A stretch of DNA of 64,000 bases, from positions 329,462 through 393,461 of the forward strand of contig JALHPE010000001.1 in the NCBI GenBank assembly GCA_022842645.1, read 5' to 3'. Shown piece by piece: positions 10,563 through 20,141 of this stretch. The first letter of the stretch is position 1. Each line of letters opens with the position of its first letter. Made by a program: the position numbers and the translations under genes. This stretch comes from Minisyncoccota bacterium (GTDB lineage Bacteria > Patescibacteriota > Minisyncoccia > Phycocordibacterales > UBA2100). The notes below the pieces were generated by a model. It made no database searches and had not been told where the DNA came from. It was given only the letters and a program-made list of their open reading frames with translations.

Positions 10563-10687
10563 GCTTGTGAACAGTTTGAGTGTGTGACGCTGTCACTTCA
10601 CATGACTCTCTGACTGCGTATAATTACCCCCACTATGCGTGCGTGCATACGGTGTGTGCATCAATTCCATAGTGAATTTTCTTCACT

Positions 10688-12031
10688 ATGATAACTAACA
10701 GGGAATTATGGCAGAATGCGCTCGTCCAGATAGAGCTCGGCACTTCTGAGGCGAGTTTTCGAACTTGGTTCCGTAATACCGACGTTGTCTCGCGTGATGG
10801 CAGCACTATTCATCTTGCCGTTCCTTCAAAAATTGTGAAGGAATGGCTTATGGAGAAGCACCATAAACTCATCCTTGGCACCCTTCGTTCGCTCGATAAT
10901 ACGATTAGGGTAGTTGAGTATGTGGTGAACCGATCGGTGGGAGAACCTCGCCGTGTTGAAAAAACACCCCCAGCAAACACCTCTCTCGACCTTGGACAGC
11001 TCTATATTGATAAACGAGACAACTTGAACCCCCGTTACACTTTTGAAACATTTGTAGTTGGTCCCTTTAATCAACTGGCTCACGCTGCGGCAAAGGCGGT
11101 TATAGAACGCCCCGGACTCGCGTACAACCCCTTCTTCGTCTATGGCGCAAGCGGGCATGGTAAAACCCACCTGATTCAAGCAATTGGTAACCATTTTAAG
11201 AAGACACATACCAATAAAAAGGTTTTTTATGTTTCCTCTGAGCGTTTTGCAGTTGATTTCATCAACGCGGTTTCACGAGGTCGCGCAAATGATTTTAAAG
11301 ATCAGTACCGACAGTACGACGTCCTTATTATGGATGATATTCAATTCATGGCTGAAAAGGAGCGTACACAAGAAGAACTGTTCCATCTTTTTAATGCAAT
11401 GCACGATAACAACAAGCAAATAATTTTCTCTTCGGATAAACATCCCATGCTTCTTCCGGGATTTGAGGATCGTGTCCGAGGCCGTCTCTCTGCAGGAGTC
11501 ATTATGGAAATTCCGGAGCCTGATGTTGAATCACGCATTGCAATTATAAAAGCAAAGATAGAACAACTTGGCTTTAGTCTTCCCGAGGACATCATCACTC
11601 ATATTGCCGAAACTGTGCGAGGCAACATTCGCGAACTTGAGGGAATCATTAATATGATTGTGTGCAAATCCCAACTGAAAGGGAAGGCGATTACTCTCCC
11701 GGACGTACGCACCCTCATAAAACATAATGTTCGTCCTTCAAAAGGTGTCTCTGTAGAAGAGGTGGTGCGCCGTATTGCGCAATATTATGAAGTTGCAGAG
11801 AAGAGTATTTACGAAAAAACCCGAAAGAAGGAGGTGGTGAAGCCACGTCAAATAATTATGTATATCTTACGAGAGGAATTTAATGTTTCGTACCCATCAA
11901 TTGGAGAAAAGCTTGGTGGAAGAGACCACACTACCGTGATTCACTCATGCGAAAAAATAAAAGATGAGGTTAAGCGCAGCACCTCCCTCGATCAAGAGCT
12001 TGAACATATTCGCACTTTAGTACACGCATAA
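10688..12031 (+). CDS. dnaA: Chromosomal replication initiator DnaA
   Basis: LNPRYTFETFVVG, GASGHGKTHL, DDIQF, GNIRELEG, GGRDHTTVIH. Confidence 0.98.
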   Translation: MITNRELWQNALVQIELGTSEASFRTWFRNTDVVSRDGSTIHLAVPSKIVKEWLMEKHHKLILGTLRSLDNTIRVVEYVVNRSVGEPRRVEKTPPANTSLDLGQLYIDKRDNLNPRYTFETFVVGPFNQLAHAAAKAVIERPGLAYNPFFVYGASGHGKTHLIQAIGNHFKKTHTNKKVFYVSSERFAVDFINAVSRGRANDFKDQYRQYDVLIMDDIQFMAEKERTQEELFHLFNAMHDNNKQIIFSSDKHPMLLPGFEDRVRGRLSAGVIMEIPEPDVESRIAIIKAKIEQLGFSLPEDIITHIAETVRGNIRELEGIINMIVCKSQLKGKAITLPDVRTLIKHNVRPSKGVSVEEVVRRIAQYYEVAEKSIYEKTRKKEVVKPRQIIMYILREEFNVSYPSIGEKLGGRDHTTVIHSCEKIKDEVKRSTSLDQELEHIRTLVHA

Positions 12032-12255
12032 CTATGTGGATAGTATTCGAACAACAAGAGATTTTGTGTGGAAAAAAAATATATATTACCTACCCAAATT
12101 TTATCCCCACACACCAACACGAGTTATTGATGTACTTTTCCCCAAACACACATACCCAAAATAGTAGTTAAAGACTCACTAAAAAAGACTTTTCCACCTA
12201 TACACATTACTAATAGTAATAATAAGTATTAATAAATAAATAATTATAAACACCT
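12032..12255. other. Replication origin oriC (dnaA-dnaN intergenic)
   Basis: DnaA-box-like 9-mers at 12035, 12067, 12101, 12136, 12190 and 12198, followed by TAC TAA TAG TAA TAA TAA (DnaA-trio-like) and an AT-rich unwinding tract. Confidence 0.85.
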
Positions 12256-13353
12256 ATGCAATTCATCACCACACACGAATCTTTTCTTAAAGCGGTGCTT
12301 ATTGCAGAACGTGTTGTAGGAAAAAAAGAATCACTCCCCGTCCTTTCATGTGTAGTGCTTGATGTGGGTGGTAATGAGTGTGTGGTTAAAAGTACCAACC
12401 TTGAGGCTGGTGTTGAGATTCGGGTACATGCAGATGTAAAAGAGAAGGGTGTTATTGCTATTCCTGTTTCTGTGCTTTCTCAAACAATCAGATCATCTTC
12501 GGGAGATAAAATAGTTCTCCGTGCGGATCAAGGGAATCTACGAGTTGAATCAAAAGGTTTAAAAACGATTATAAAAGCTGTGCCGCATGAGGAATTTCCC
12601 ACTATCCCTCGCGATGTTTCGGAAAACAATATTTCTATCCCTCGCGAAAGTCTTCTTTCTTTATTTCATTCAGTTTCGTACGCAGCATCATCTTCGATGA
12701 TTCGTCCGGAACTGGGGAGTGTATATCTTTCTATTAACGATGGTGTGGTCACTGCTGTTGCAACGGATTCGTTTAGACTCGCGGAAAAAACTCACCCATT
12801 CAAGGGTGATGTATCTGGGGATGTGCTCATTCCACTTAAACATGTCCATGAAATAACACACATCCTCGAGCGCGTGTCAGATGCGGACATAACACTTTCC
12901 ACTAGTGATGCACAACTCTCTCTTTCAACGAGTATGGTGGCATTTGTTTCCCGTGTTATTGATGGAACATTTCCTAACTATAAAGAAATTTTACCCAAGA
13001 AATTTTCAACAGAAGCCACGCTTCTCAAAGCCGATTTTGCTGAGTCTCTCAGGAAAGCTCGTATTTTTTCTGGCGCGGATCAACATGTGGGATTCCATGT
13101 GTATCCAAAGAAAAAAATATTTGACGTTACAGCACAAAGTGCGGCGATTGGGGAGATGTCGGATTCACTTGAGGCAGCGGTTACCGGCGAGGATGTTGAT
13201 GTTAACTTTCATATAGGCTATGTAGCGGATGCGCTGCAATCTATTCCCTCAGATTCACTTATTCTCGGTTTTTCGGGGGCAGGGAAGCCGCTGGTTATGC
13301 GTGGGGTTGGGGATTCTACATTCACCTACCTTGCAATGCCCCTTAATCGCTAG
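12256..13353 (+). CDS. dnaN: DNA polymerase III beta sliding clamp
   Basis: STNLE, VATDSFRLA, IDGTFPNY, C-terminal AMPL; follows dnaA. Confidence 0.97.
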   Translation: MQFITTHESFLKAVLIAERVVGKKESLPVLSCVVLDVGGNECVVKSTNLEAGVEIRVHADVKEKGVIAIPVSVLSQTIRSSSGDKIVLRADQGNLRVESKGLKTIIKAVPHEEFPTIPRDVSENNISIPRESLLSLFHSVSYAASSSMIRPELGSVYLSINDGVVTAVATDSFRLAEKTHPFKGDVSGDVLIPLKHVHEITHILERVSDADITLSTSDAQLSLSTSMVAFVSRVIDGTFPNYKEILPKKFSTEATLLKADFAESLRKARIFSGADQHVGFHVYPKKKIFDVTAQSAAIGEMSDSLEAAVTGEDVDVNFHIGYVADALQSIPSDSLILGFSGAGKPLVMRGVGDSTFTYLAMPLNR

Positions 13354-15726
13354 CTACTGCACATTAAAGGTGGTGGTGTGCTCAATGGGGCCAAGAAGAG
13401 TATCAGCAACAGCGCGCAACGACTGAATCCCAGGAATGCGTGGTTGGACTGCAATAATGTAGGGAGGTTGGGCTGAAATACCCACAAATTCACCGTTTAG
13501 GTAGTACGTCACACTTCGTATACCAATAAGGGGATCAAATGAAACAGAGGCGTCAAATGGCGCGGTAAATGGTAATTGTGCGGCAGGGTTTGGGGATGTG
13601 ATTCTAAACTGCAGGTTCTGTGGCGTGCTCGTTCCCGACCCAAGGCCGTTTGCCCAAGCGCTCACCGCATATTCCCAGTAAGAAAACTGTGCGTCGCTGA
13701 AGTTCGGAGATCCATTTCGAGGGTTATCTTTATTAACCCAATAGAGAATATCGTGTAGGCCCAGAGAGGGGTTGGTGTTCCATTCACCGCGAAGGACAGC
13801 GGGCAGGGAGGTATATTCAGGGTCTGGTGCAGGTGGGGTAAATTCATCCGCACTATAGTTCTCAATCGCAAGAGTCATAAATTCGTTCCAGAGAGGCGCA
13901 ATCACAAACGATGCGACACGGCGCTCAAGAGGAGTGTTGTCGTTGTTTCCTCCCCACGCGCCCACCGCAATGCTCGGCGTGTATCCTACAATCCATACAT
14001 CGCGGTAGTCGTTTGTGGTGCCAGTCTTTGCGGCGACATCAAATCCGGGGAAGTGGAGTGGGGAATTTGCGCCAAATGCAGGTGTCCGTGCGTTATTATC
14101 CGAAAGAACATCATTTACCAGTCGAGCAATCTGGGGATCTAGTGCGCGGATTTCTCGCTTCTCGTACGATTCAAGAACATGACCCTTACTATCTTCCACG
14201 CTCAAGACCCCTGTGTTTGCATTGCGAATACCATCATTCGCAAAAACACCATACGCACCCGTGATATCCAGCAGTGTTACCTCTCCACCACCAAGCACTA
14301 ATGTAAGGCCATAACGCCCCGCGTCTTCAAGTGTTGAGATGCCCATGTCACGCGCGGTTTCAATGGATTCAGGAATCCCTGCGAGATAGAGTGTTTTTAC
14401 CGCAGGAATGTTCTGTGATTGCGCAAGCGCATCGCGAAGCTTCATCGGACCCTTAAAGGAATCATCATAATTCCCTGGGCTATAACATGGCGGATTTGAA
14501 TTTAAAATATCAGAGACGGGGCAGGCTGTTGAGAATTGCGTAGGAACGTCGAATACAACCGTTTCGGGTGTATATCCTTTTTCGAATGCGGTGGCATATA
14601 CAAACGGTTTGAATGACGAGCCTGGTTGGCGCTTTGCAAGCGCAATATTTACTTTTCCGTCAATTGCCTCATCGAAGTAACCACGCGAACCCACCATTAC
14701 CAGTATCTGGCCTGTCTTTGGATCAACGGCGACGAGTCCGGCGTTCTCAGCATTAAAATTCTTTTCATTTTCAAGCGCGCGACGATTTACTATCTCTTCA
14801 GCCTTTAATTGCAGCTCCCAATCGAGCGACGTGATTACTTTGAGACCACCTTGCGCCACAAGATCGGCGCCATATTTTCCTTCGAGGTATTCAAGTATGT
14901 AGAACACAAAGTGAGGTGCTTTGATGCCCGAATCACTCTGGGGGCGAAACTCCACTTTTTCTGCACTTGCTGTTGTATATTCTTCTTCACTAATATACCC
15001 AAGGTCACGCATGCGCGAGAGTACAAGATTTTTTCTTCCTTCCAACTCGTCGCGACGATTGCCATAGGGAGAGTAGCGTGTTGGCGCCTGGGGAAGCGCT
15101 GCGATGTAGGCAGCTTCCGCTATGCTCACATCGCGTGCGGGCTTCCCAAAGAAATATTGAGTTGCTTCCTCGACACCATAAATAGTTCCACCGTAGGAAG
15201 TTTCGTTGAGGTAAATAGTAAGAATTTCGTCCTTTGTGGCTATATTTTCAAGTTTAATAGCAAGCACTATTTCCTTCGCCTTTCGAATGAGTGTTTTGTC
15301 CTGGGTAAGTAATGTGTTTTTTACCACCTGTTGGGTGATGGTTGACCCTCCTTGCCCGACGATACCAGGGATGAGGCGGAGATTTACAAGGACCGCGCGA
15401 AGAAATGAAAGGGGGCGAAATCCTTGATGTTGATAAAATGTGGCGTCTTCAATGGCTACCGTCGCATTTCTGATATACGGGGATATGTTCTCGAGAGGAA
15501 TTTCAGTGCGTCGCATAGTACCGTGGACATCATAGAGAAGCACCTCTCCGGTTCGGTCATAAATTTTTGTACTCTCACCCACAATTCTATTTTCAATAGT
15601 GTCCACAGCGGGAACTGACGCAAAGAAAGCCCATGCAACAAACACTCCTCCAGCAGCAATTGCAAGGAGGATACTGAAGCGCATCGTGTGGTGCGCATAG
15701 CGCCTATGTCTCGGGTGGGTGCTCAT
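13354..15726 (-). CDS. Class A penicillin-binding protein (PBP1A family) with C-terminal Ig-like domain; start uncertain
   Basis: AIEDATFYQH, QGGSTITQQVVKN, RKAKE, QPGSSFK (SxxK), SQN, KTGT. Confidence 0.93.
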   Translation of the reverse strand: MSTHPRHRRYAHHTMRFSILLAIAAGGVFVAWAFFASVPAVDTIENRIVGESTKIYDRTGEVLLYDVHGTMRRTEIPLENISPYIRNATVAIEDATFYQHQGFRPLSFLRAVLVNLRLIPGIVGQGGSTITQQVVKNTLLTQDKTLIRKAKEIVLAIKLENIATKDEILTIYLNETSYGGTIYGVEEATQYFFGKPARDVSIAEAAYIAALPQAPTRYSPYGNRRDELEGRKNLVLSRMRDLGYISEEEYTTASAEKVEFRPQSDSGIKAPHFVFYILEYLEGKYGADLVAQGGLKVITSLDWELQLKAEEIVNRRALENEKNFNAENAGLVAVDPKTGQILVMVGSRGYFDEAIDGKVNIALAKRQPGSSFKPFVYATAFEKGYTPETVVFDVPTQFSTACPVSDILNSNPPCYSPGNYDDSFKGPMKLRDALAQSQNIPAVKTLYLAGIPESIETARDMGISTLEDAGRYGLTLVLGGGEVTLLDITGAYGVFANDGIRNANTGVLSVEDSKGHVLESYEKREIRALDPQIARLVNDVLSDNNARTPAFGANSPLHFPGFDVAAKTGTTNDYRDVWIVGYTPSIAVGAWGGNNDNTPLERRVASFVIAPLWNEFMTLAIENYSADEFTPPAPDPEYTSLPAVLRGEWNTNPSLGLHDILYWVNKDNPRNGSPNFSDAQFSYWEYAVSAWANGLGSGTSTPQNLQFRITSPNPAAQLPFTAPFDASVSFDPLIGIRSVTYYLNGEFVGISAQPPYIIAVQPRIPGIQSLRAVADTLLGPIEHTTTFNVQ

Positions 15727-15808
15727 AGCAGTGCGCACGTAGGAAAAAGTCTACCGCGCCCCAGGCGTCTTGCCCAGCTTTATCGTAGACGAACGCGTAC
15801 GTGCAGTA

Positions 15809-16279
15809 TTACCGCGCGTGTGCGAGGTGAGTAAGTCCCACCGCGATCGCGTCGTATTCGTCATCGTGGCGTATGGATTTGTCTATTGCAAGAAGCATGT
15901 GGAGCATTGTGGTCATCTGTTTCTTGTCAGCCTTGCCGTAGCCTGTTGTTGCGCTTTTTATCTGTGCGGGCGTGTATTCGAAAGAGGGGATGCTAAGTGA
16001 CACCGCCGCATGGAGTATTGCGCCACGCACCTCAGCGACCTGCATGGCAGTTTTTTGATTTGAGTTAAAAAAAAGTCGCTCCATTGCGAGCGCATCTGGC
16101 CTATGTGTCTTTATGAGGAGCTCGCACTCAGCAACGACCTGTGCGAGTCGTTCCACAAAACCGTCTTTCGCGAGGGTTTCAATGCAGTCGGAATAGATCC
16201 AGCGCTCTTTCCCGGCGTTTTTTTCAACAATAGCAACTCCGCAGCGGCCATAGCCTGGGTCGATGCCAATCACGCGCAT
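15809..16279 (-). CDS. ruvC: Holliday junction resolvase RuvC
   Basis: IGIDPG, E-RLFF, EYTP, G-ADK, DDEYDAIAV. Confidence 0.95.
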   Translation of the reverse strand: MRVIGIDPGYGRCGVAIVEKNAGKERWIYSDCIETLAKDGFVERLAQVVAECELLIKTHRPDALAMERLFFNSNQKTAMQVAEVRGAILHAAVSLSIPSFEYTPAQIKSATTGYGKADKKQMTTMLHMLLAIDKSIRHDDEYDAIAVGLTHLAHAR

Positions 16280-16282
16280 GGG

Positions 16283-16346
16283 TATATGGTATTTCGTATT
16301 TAGTATCTTGTATATACGAGATACTAAATACAGGATACTAGATACG
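16283..16346. repeat. 7-bp periodic inverted repeat tract between yebC and ruvC
   Basis: TATATGG TATTTCG TATTTAG TATCTTG / TACGAGA TACTAAA TACAGGA TACTAGA. Confidence 0.7.
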
Positions 16347-16356
16347 TTTACATTAC

Positions 16357-16887
16357 TTATTCCGCGTTCGTATACACCTCTTGCACATCATCAAGCGCAT
16401 CGATAAGCTCCATTGCTTTCATGAGGAGTGTGTCATCTGTTTCAGAAAGAGGAATGGGTGCTGTGGGGGTGTAGCCGTCTTCGCCTTTGGAGAAGGCCCA
16501 AAGTGCAGCACCTGGCGCCGCCAGTGCAATCGCATGTTTTGCAAAAATTGCTTTTAGCTCTTGAAGTGTGCGGTTGGTGTTGTCGGTGACGGCTTCAATA
16601 ATGATTGCCGCCCCTCCCGGCCCATATGCTTCATAGACGACCTGTTCCATGGCGCTTGCGTCTCCCGAAGTTCCTTTAGCGATCGCGCGCTCGATCGTGT
16701 CTTTCGGCATATTCGTCTTTTTCGCCGTTTCGATAATTGCGCGCAAATTCGCTGAGTTTACGTCCCCATTTGCTTTTTTACTCTCGACTGCAATGCGTCG
16801 CCCGAGCTTCCCCCATAAATTACTCTTTGCTGCGTCTGCGGCACCTTTTTGCCTCTTTATCTGTGCCCATTTGTTGTGTCCGGCCAT
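16357..16887 (-). CDS. yebC: YebC/PmpR family protein (short form)
   Basis: MAGHNKWAQIKRQK, YEAYGPGG, TDNTNRT, DDVQEVYTN. Confidence 0.93.
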   Translation of the reverse strand: MAGHNKWAQIKRQKGAADAAKSNLWGKLGRRIAVESKKANGDVNSANLRAIIETAKKTNMPKDTIERAIAKGTSGDASAMEQVVYEAYGPGGAAIIIEAVTDNTNRTLQELKAIFAKHAIALAAPGAALWAFSKGEDGYTPTAPIPLSETDDTLLMKAMELIDALDDVQEVYTNAE

Positions 16888-16946
16888 AGGGATAGTGATT
16901 AGAAGTTAGCCACTAGGGTATAGGGAAAATGCGAAAAGGCAAAAAA

Positions 16947-17960
16947 CTAGATTAGTTTTGGCTGATCCGCTTTTGGTACTTCTTCACCAAGATGTGTGTA
17001 GCCCTTTTCGGTTACCATGCGGCCGCGGGGGGTTCTTTCGAGAAGTCCTAGCTGGAGGAGATAGGGCTCGTGCACCTCTTCAATAGTTGCCTCTTCTTCA
17101 GAGAGTGCGGCGGAGATAGTTTTGAGACCAACAGGACCCCCTTTAAATTTGTCGATGAGAACCCCGAGAATGTCGCGGTCGATCTGATTCAAACCAAGTT
17201 CATCAACTTCGAGAAGCGCGAGCGCTTTTTTTACTGTCTTTACATCTAGCACTTCTTCGCTCACTTGTGCGAAGTCGCGACAGCGCTTGAGAAGATAGTT
17301 TGCGGTGCGCGGCGTTGCGCGCGAACGCCGTGAGATCTCGCGGACTGATTCGGTATCGGCGGGTATGCCAAGGATCTGCGCTGAGCGATGAAGGATGGTC
17401 GCGATTTCGTCTTCAGTGTAGTAGGCAAGACGAAAGGTGCCGCCGGAGAAGCGTGAGCGAAGGGGAGAGGAGAGCATGGAGATGCGTGTGGTTGCGGCAA
17501 TGAGGGTGAATGCGGGCAGCTCAAGCTGAACGGTGCGCGCGGAGGGCCCTTTCCCAATCACAATGTCGAGTACCCCACTTTCCATCGCGGGGTATAAAAT
17601 TTCCTCAATCGTACGATTGAGGCGGTGGATCTCATCGATAAAGAGGACGTCTCCGGGAGAGAGGTTTGTGAGGATGGAAGCGAGGTCGCCCACGCGTTCA
17701 ATCGCAGGACCCGAGGTTGAGCGAAGCGATGAGCCAATCTCTTTTGTAATTAAATGCGCGAGAGTGGTCTTTCCAAGTCCCGGGGGACCATAAAGGAGGA
17801 TGTGTTCCGGCTGTTGGGAGCGGCCTTTGGCCGCAGAAAGGAGTATGCGCAGGTTTTCCTTGATGGTTGCCTGTCCCACATACTCATCCCAAAGCCCTGG
17901 GCGGAGCGCCTGGTCGAGAGAGCGAGCTGATTTTCCTGTTTGTTCCGGTTGTTGTGACAT
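16947..17960 (-). CDS. ruvB: Holliday junction branch migration helicase RuvB
   Basis: LRP...YVGQ, GPPGLGKTTLA, FIDEIHR, EPYLLQ, RTPRGR. Confidence 0.97.
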   Translation of the reverse strand: MSQQPEQTGKSARSLDQALRPGLWDEYVGQATIKENLRILLSAAKGRSQQPEHILLYGPPGLGKTTLAHLITKEIGSSLRSTSGPAIERVGDLASILTNLSPGDVLFIDEIHRLNRTIEEILYPAMESGVLDIVIGKGPSARTVQLELPAFTLIAATTRISMLSSPLRSRFSGGTFRLAYYTEDEIATILHRSAQILGIPADTESVREISRRSRATPRTANYLLKRCRDFAQVSEEVLDVKTVKKALALLEVDELGLNQIDRDILGVLIDKFKGGPVGLKTISAALSEEEATIEEVHEPYLLQLGLLERTPRGRMVTEKGYTHLGEEVPKADQPKLI

Positions 17961-17961
17961 A

Positions 17962-17990
17962 TTGACAACAGCACCTCAACATGCTACACT
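17962..17990 (+). promoter_or_regulatory. Sigma70 promoter divergent from ruvB
   Basis: TTGACA-17 bp-(TG n)TACACT. Confidence 0.65.
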
Positions 17991-17996
17991 AGCATT

Positions 17997-18302
17997 TAGA
18001 AGTGGCGTTACCGCGCCATTTTTTGTTTGCCTATTTAGGCATACAAAACCTTAGTCAGGGGCGCAGATCTCCGAGCATACCAGGACTCATTCAAGGTTGA
18101 AACGGTGCCCGCTTTATGCGGATCCACTACTTCTTTCCTCAGATTCTGTCCGACTTTCGATATCCATTGAAAGCATGCTCGGAGATGTGCGACTCTCACG
18201 AGATTTCTTTTGAAACGATAGCATCGAACAGCGAATACACAATATTATTTTCGTGTCGTGGTGTACACGATACAAAAAACACCGGCGCAAGTCGGTGTTT
18301 TT
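17997..18302 (+). ncRNA. Candidate structured ncRNA (~300 nt) of unknown class
   Basis: Consensus promoter upstream, at least five stem-loops including a long stem CGCAGATCTCCGAGCAT/ATGCTCGGAGATGTGCG, terminator at the end, no convincing ORF. Confidence 0.4.
18273..18302. terminator. Intrinsic (bidirectional) terminator
   Basis: AAAAAACACCGGC-GCAA-GTCGGTGTTTTT. Confidence 0.7.
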
Positions 18303-18419
18303 GAGAGTATTCCGGAAAATATGTTTTTCGGGTCGCTGTCTGGCACTGCTGTGCCAGCGCTCACTCTCGCGCCGACGCGCTGCGAGAGACCCTCAAAACA
18401 TATTTTCCGGAATACTCTC
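18303..18419. repeat. 117-bp MITE/REPIN-like palindromic element
   Basis: 32-bp terminal inverted repeat (first 25 bp perfect: GAGAGTATTCCGGAAAATATGTTTT) enclosing two small hairpins. Confidence 0.7.
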
Positions 18420-18421
18420 GG

Positions 18422-20116
18422 TCACGATATTGTTTCAAGCATTACTTCGTCGTGAAGATCCACTACGCGTCCAAGCTCGTCGAGTGATGTGATACCTTGA
18501 AGCACTTTTACTGCGCCGTCTTGTGCCATGCGACGAATTTGCTGCGGTTTTGCTGCTCTCCAAATCTCGCGCTCGCTTGTTGTTGTGCGGATGACTGTTT
18601 CCACCGCCTTATCCATCAAAATCACTTCGACGATGCCCATCCGACCTTTGTAACCAATCCCACCGCACTTCGCACATCCTTTTGCCATCCACGTGGAGTC
18701 TCGTTTTTCCGGAACGCCCTCGGGGTGTGGAATGTGCGCGAGGAGTGTTTGCATTGTCTTTGCATCCTCGGGAGAGAGTGGTGTTTCTGTGCGGCAGTCG
18801 GGGCAGAGTTTGCGCACAAGGCGCTGTGCCATGGAAACAGTGAGTGCGGCGCCGAGAATGTCGGCGTTCACTCCCATGTCGATGAGGCGGGGAAAGGTGC
18901 CCGCGGCGTCATTGGTGTGCAGCGTGGAGAACACTAGGTGACCGGTCAGTGATGCGTTTACTGCAGTTGAGGCAACTTCACTGTCGCGGATCTCGCCCAC
19001 CATGATGATGTCAGGGTCTTGGCGCAGTGTTGAGCGCAGCCCCGAGGCAAAGGTGTAGTCTTTCGAGACCTGTGTTTGAACGACGCCTGGGAGGTGATAT
19101 TCAATAGGGTCTTCGATGGTAACCACTTTTATTTCCGGATTCGATACTTGTTTGAGAAAGGCATACAACGTCGTTGTTTTTCCGCTTCCGGTGGGACCTG
19201 TATTGAGGATCATGCCGTTGGGCTTCGCAATTTCCTTATTGAAAATCTCCATGAGGTAGGAATCAAAGCCAAGCTTTTCCATGGGGAGTGCAATGGTCGA
19301 GGGGTCGAGAATACGCATCACAATAGTTTCGGCGTAAGCCCCGGGAAGAATGGAGGCGCGAATCTCAATTTCTTTTTCATTCACCTGAATAGAGAAGCGT
19401 CCGTCTTGTGCGGCGTTTTTGATATTGAGTTTGAGTCCTGAGAGAAGCTTGAGGCGCGAAGAGATGAGGTTATAGGTGGGGGCATCAAAGACAAGTACCT
19501 CGAGGAGAACGCCGTCAAGGCGGTAGCGCATGCGAACCCCTGTTTCTTCTGGTTCTAAGTGAACGTCTGAAGCGCCGAGTGCGAGCGCACCTGCCATGAT
19601 GACCTCCAGGACGCGCGAGATACGATGGCTGTCTTTGCTACCCGCGAGATTCTGAATTTCCACTTTTACATCCTCCAGTGTTTTAATCTCGGCGAGCATG
19701 CGTTGAATTGTCTCGTTTGAGAGCGTCAGAATCCCAGCCTCTGTTTCTGTGGCGAATGAGATGTCGTGATAGCGATCCCATGCGTGGTCAAGCGATGCGC
19801 GAGAGACGATAAAGCGACGCACTTCAAAACCGAGGCGTTCGACGTTTGCGATGGCGCGCATGGTGTCGTCGCGTTCCGGCGCGCGCGCTGCGATCCAAAT
19901 CTTCTTGTTGAGCTTATGGAACGCCGCCACCTCTGCTTCACGCGCTTCTTTTTCAGGGATCAGACGCAAAGCATCGGTATCAATCGACTTCTTAGTGAGA
20001 TCGACATATTCAACGCCGTATTTCCCGGCGAGCATTTCTGCAAGCTGCTCTTCTTCGCGGCGGCGTAATTCTTCCAAGCGCTCTTCTTGTTTATGCTCAT
20101 TGAATTGGGCGGACAT
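18422..20116 (-). CDS. pilB: Type IV pilus assembly ATPase PilB (GspE/PulE family)
   Basis: ASDVHLEP, QDGRF, GPTGSGKTTT, TIEDPIEY, LRQDPD, GHLVFSTLHTND, CxxC pairs. Confidence 0.92.
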   Translation of the reverse strand: MSAQFNEHKQEERLEELRRREEEQLAEMLAGKYGVEYVDLTKKSIDTDALRLIPEKEAREAEVAAFHKLNKKIWIAARAPERDDTMRAIANVERLGFEVRRFIVSRASLDHAWDRYHDISFATETEAGILTLSNETIQRMLAEIKTLEDVKVEIQNLAGSKDSHRISRVLEVIMAGALALGASDVHLEPEETGVRMRYRLDGVLLEVLVFDAPTYNLISSRLKLLSGLKLNIKNAAQDGRFSIQVNEKEIEIRASILPGAYAETIVMRILDPSTIALPMEKLGFDSYLMEIFNKEIAKPNGMILNTGPTGSGKTTTLYAFLKQVSNPEIKVVTIEDPIEYHLPGVVQTQVSKDYTFASGLRSTLRQDPDIIMVGEIRDSEVASTAVNASLTGHLVFSTLHTNDAAGTFPRLIDMGVNADILGAALTVSMAQRLVRKLCPDCRTETPLSPEDAKTMQTLLAHIPHPEGVPEKRDSTWMAKGCAKCGGIGYKGRMGIVEVILMDKAVETVIRTTTSEREIWRAAKPQQIRRMAQDGAVKVLQGITSLDELGRVVDLHDEVMLETIS

Positions 20117-20141
20117 ACGTATATAGTAGCGCACGTACGGT

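Noticed and set aside
18116-18492. Short ORFs of 62-79 aa in the ruvB-pilB gap
   Set aside because: No recognisable motifs, mostly non-ATG starts, and they run through obvious inverted repeats and a terminator
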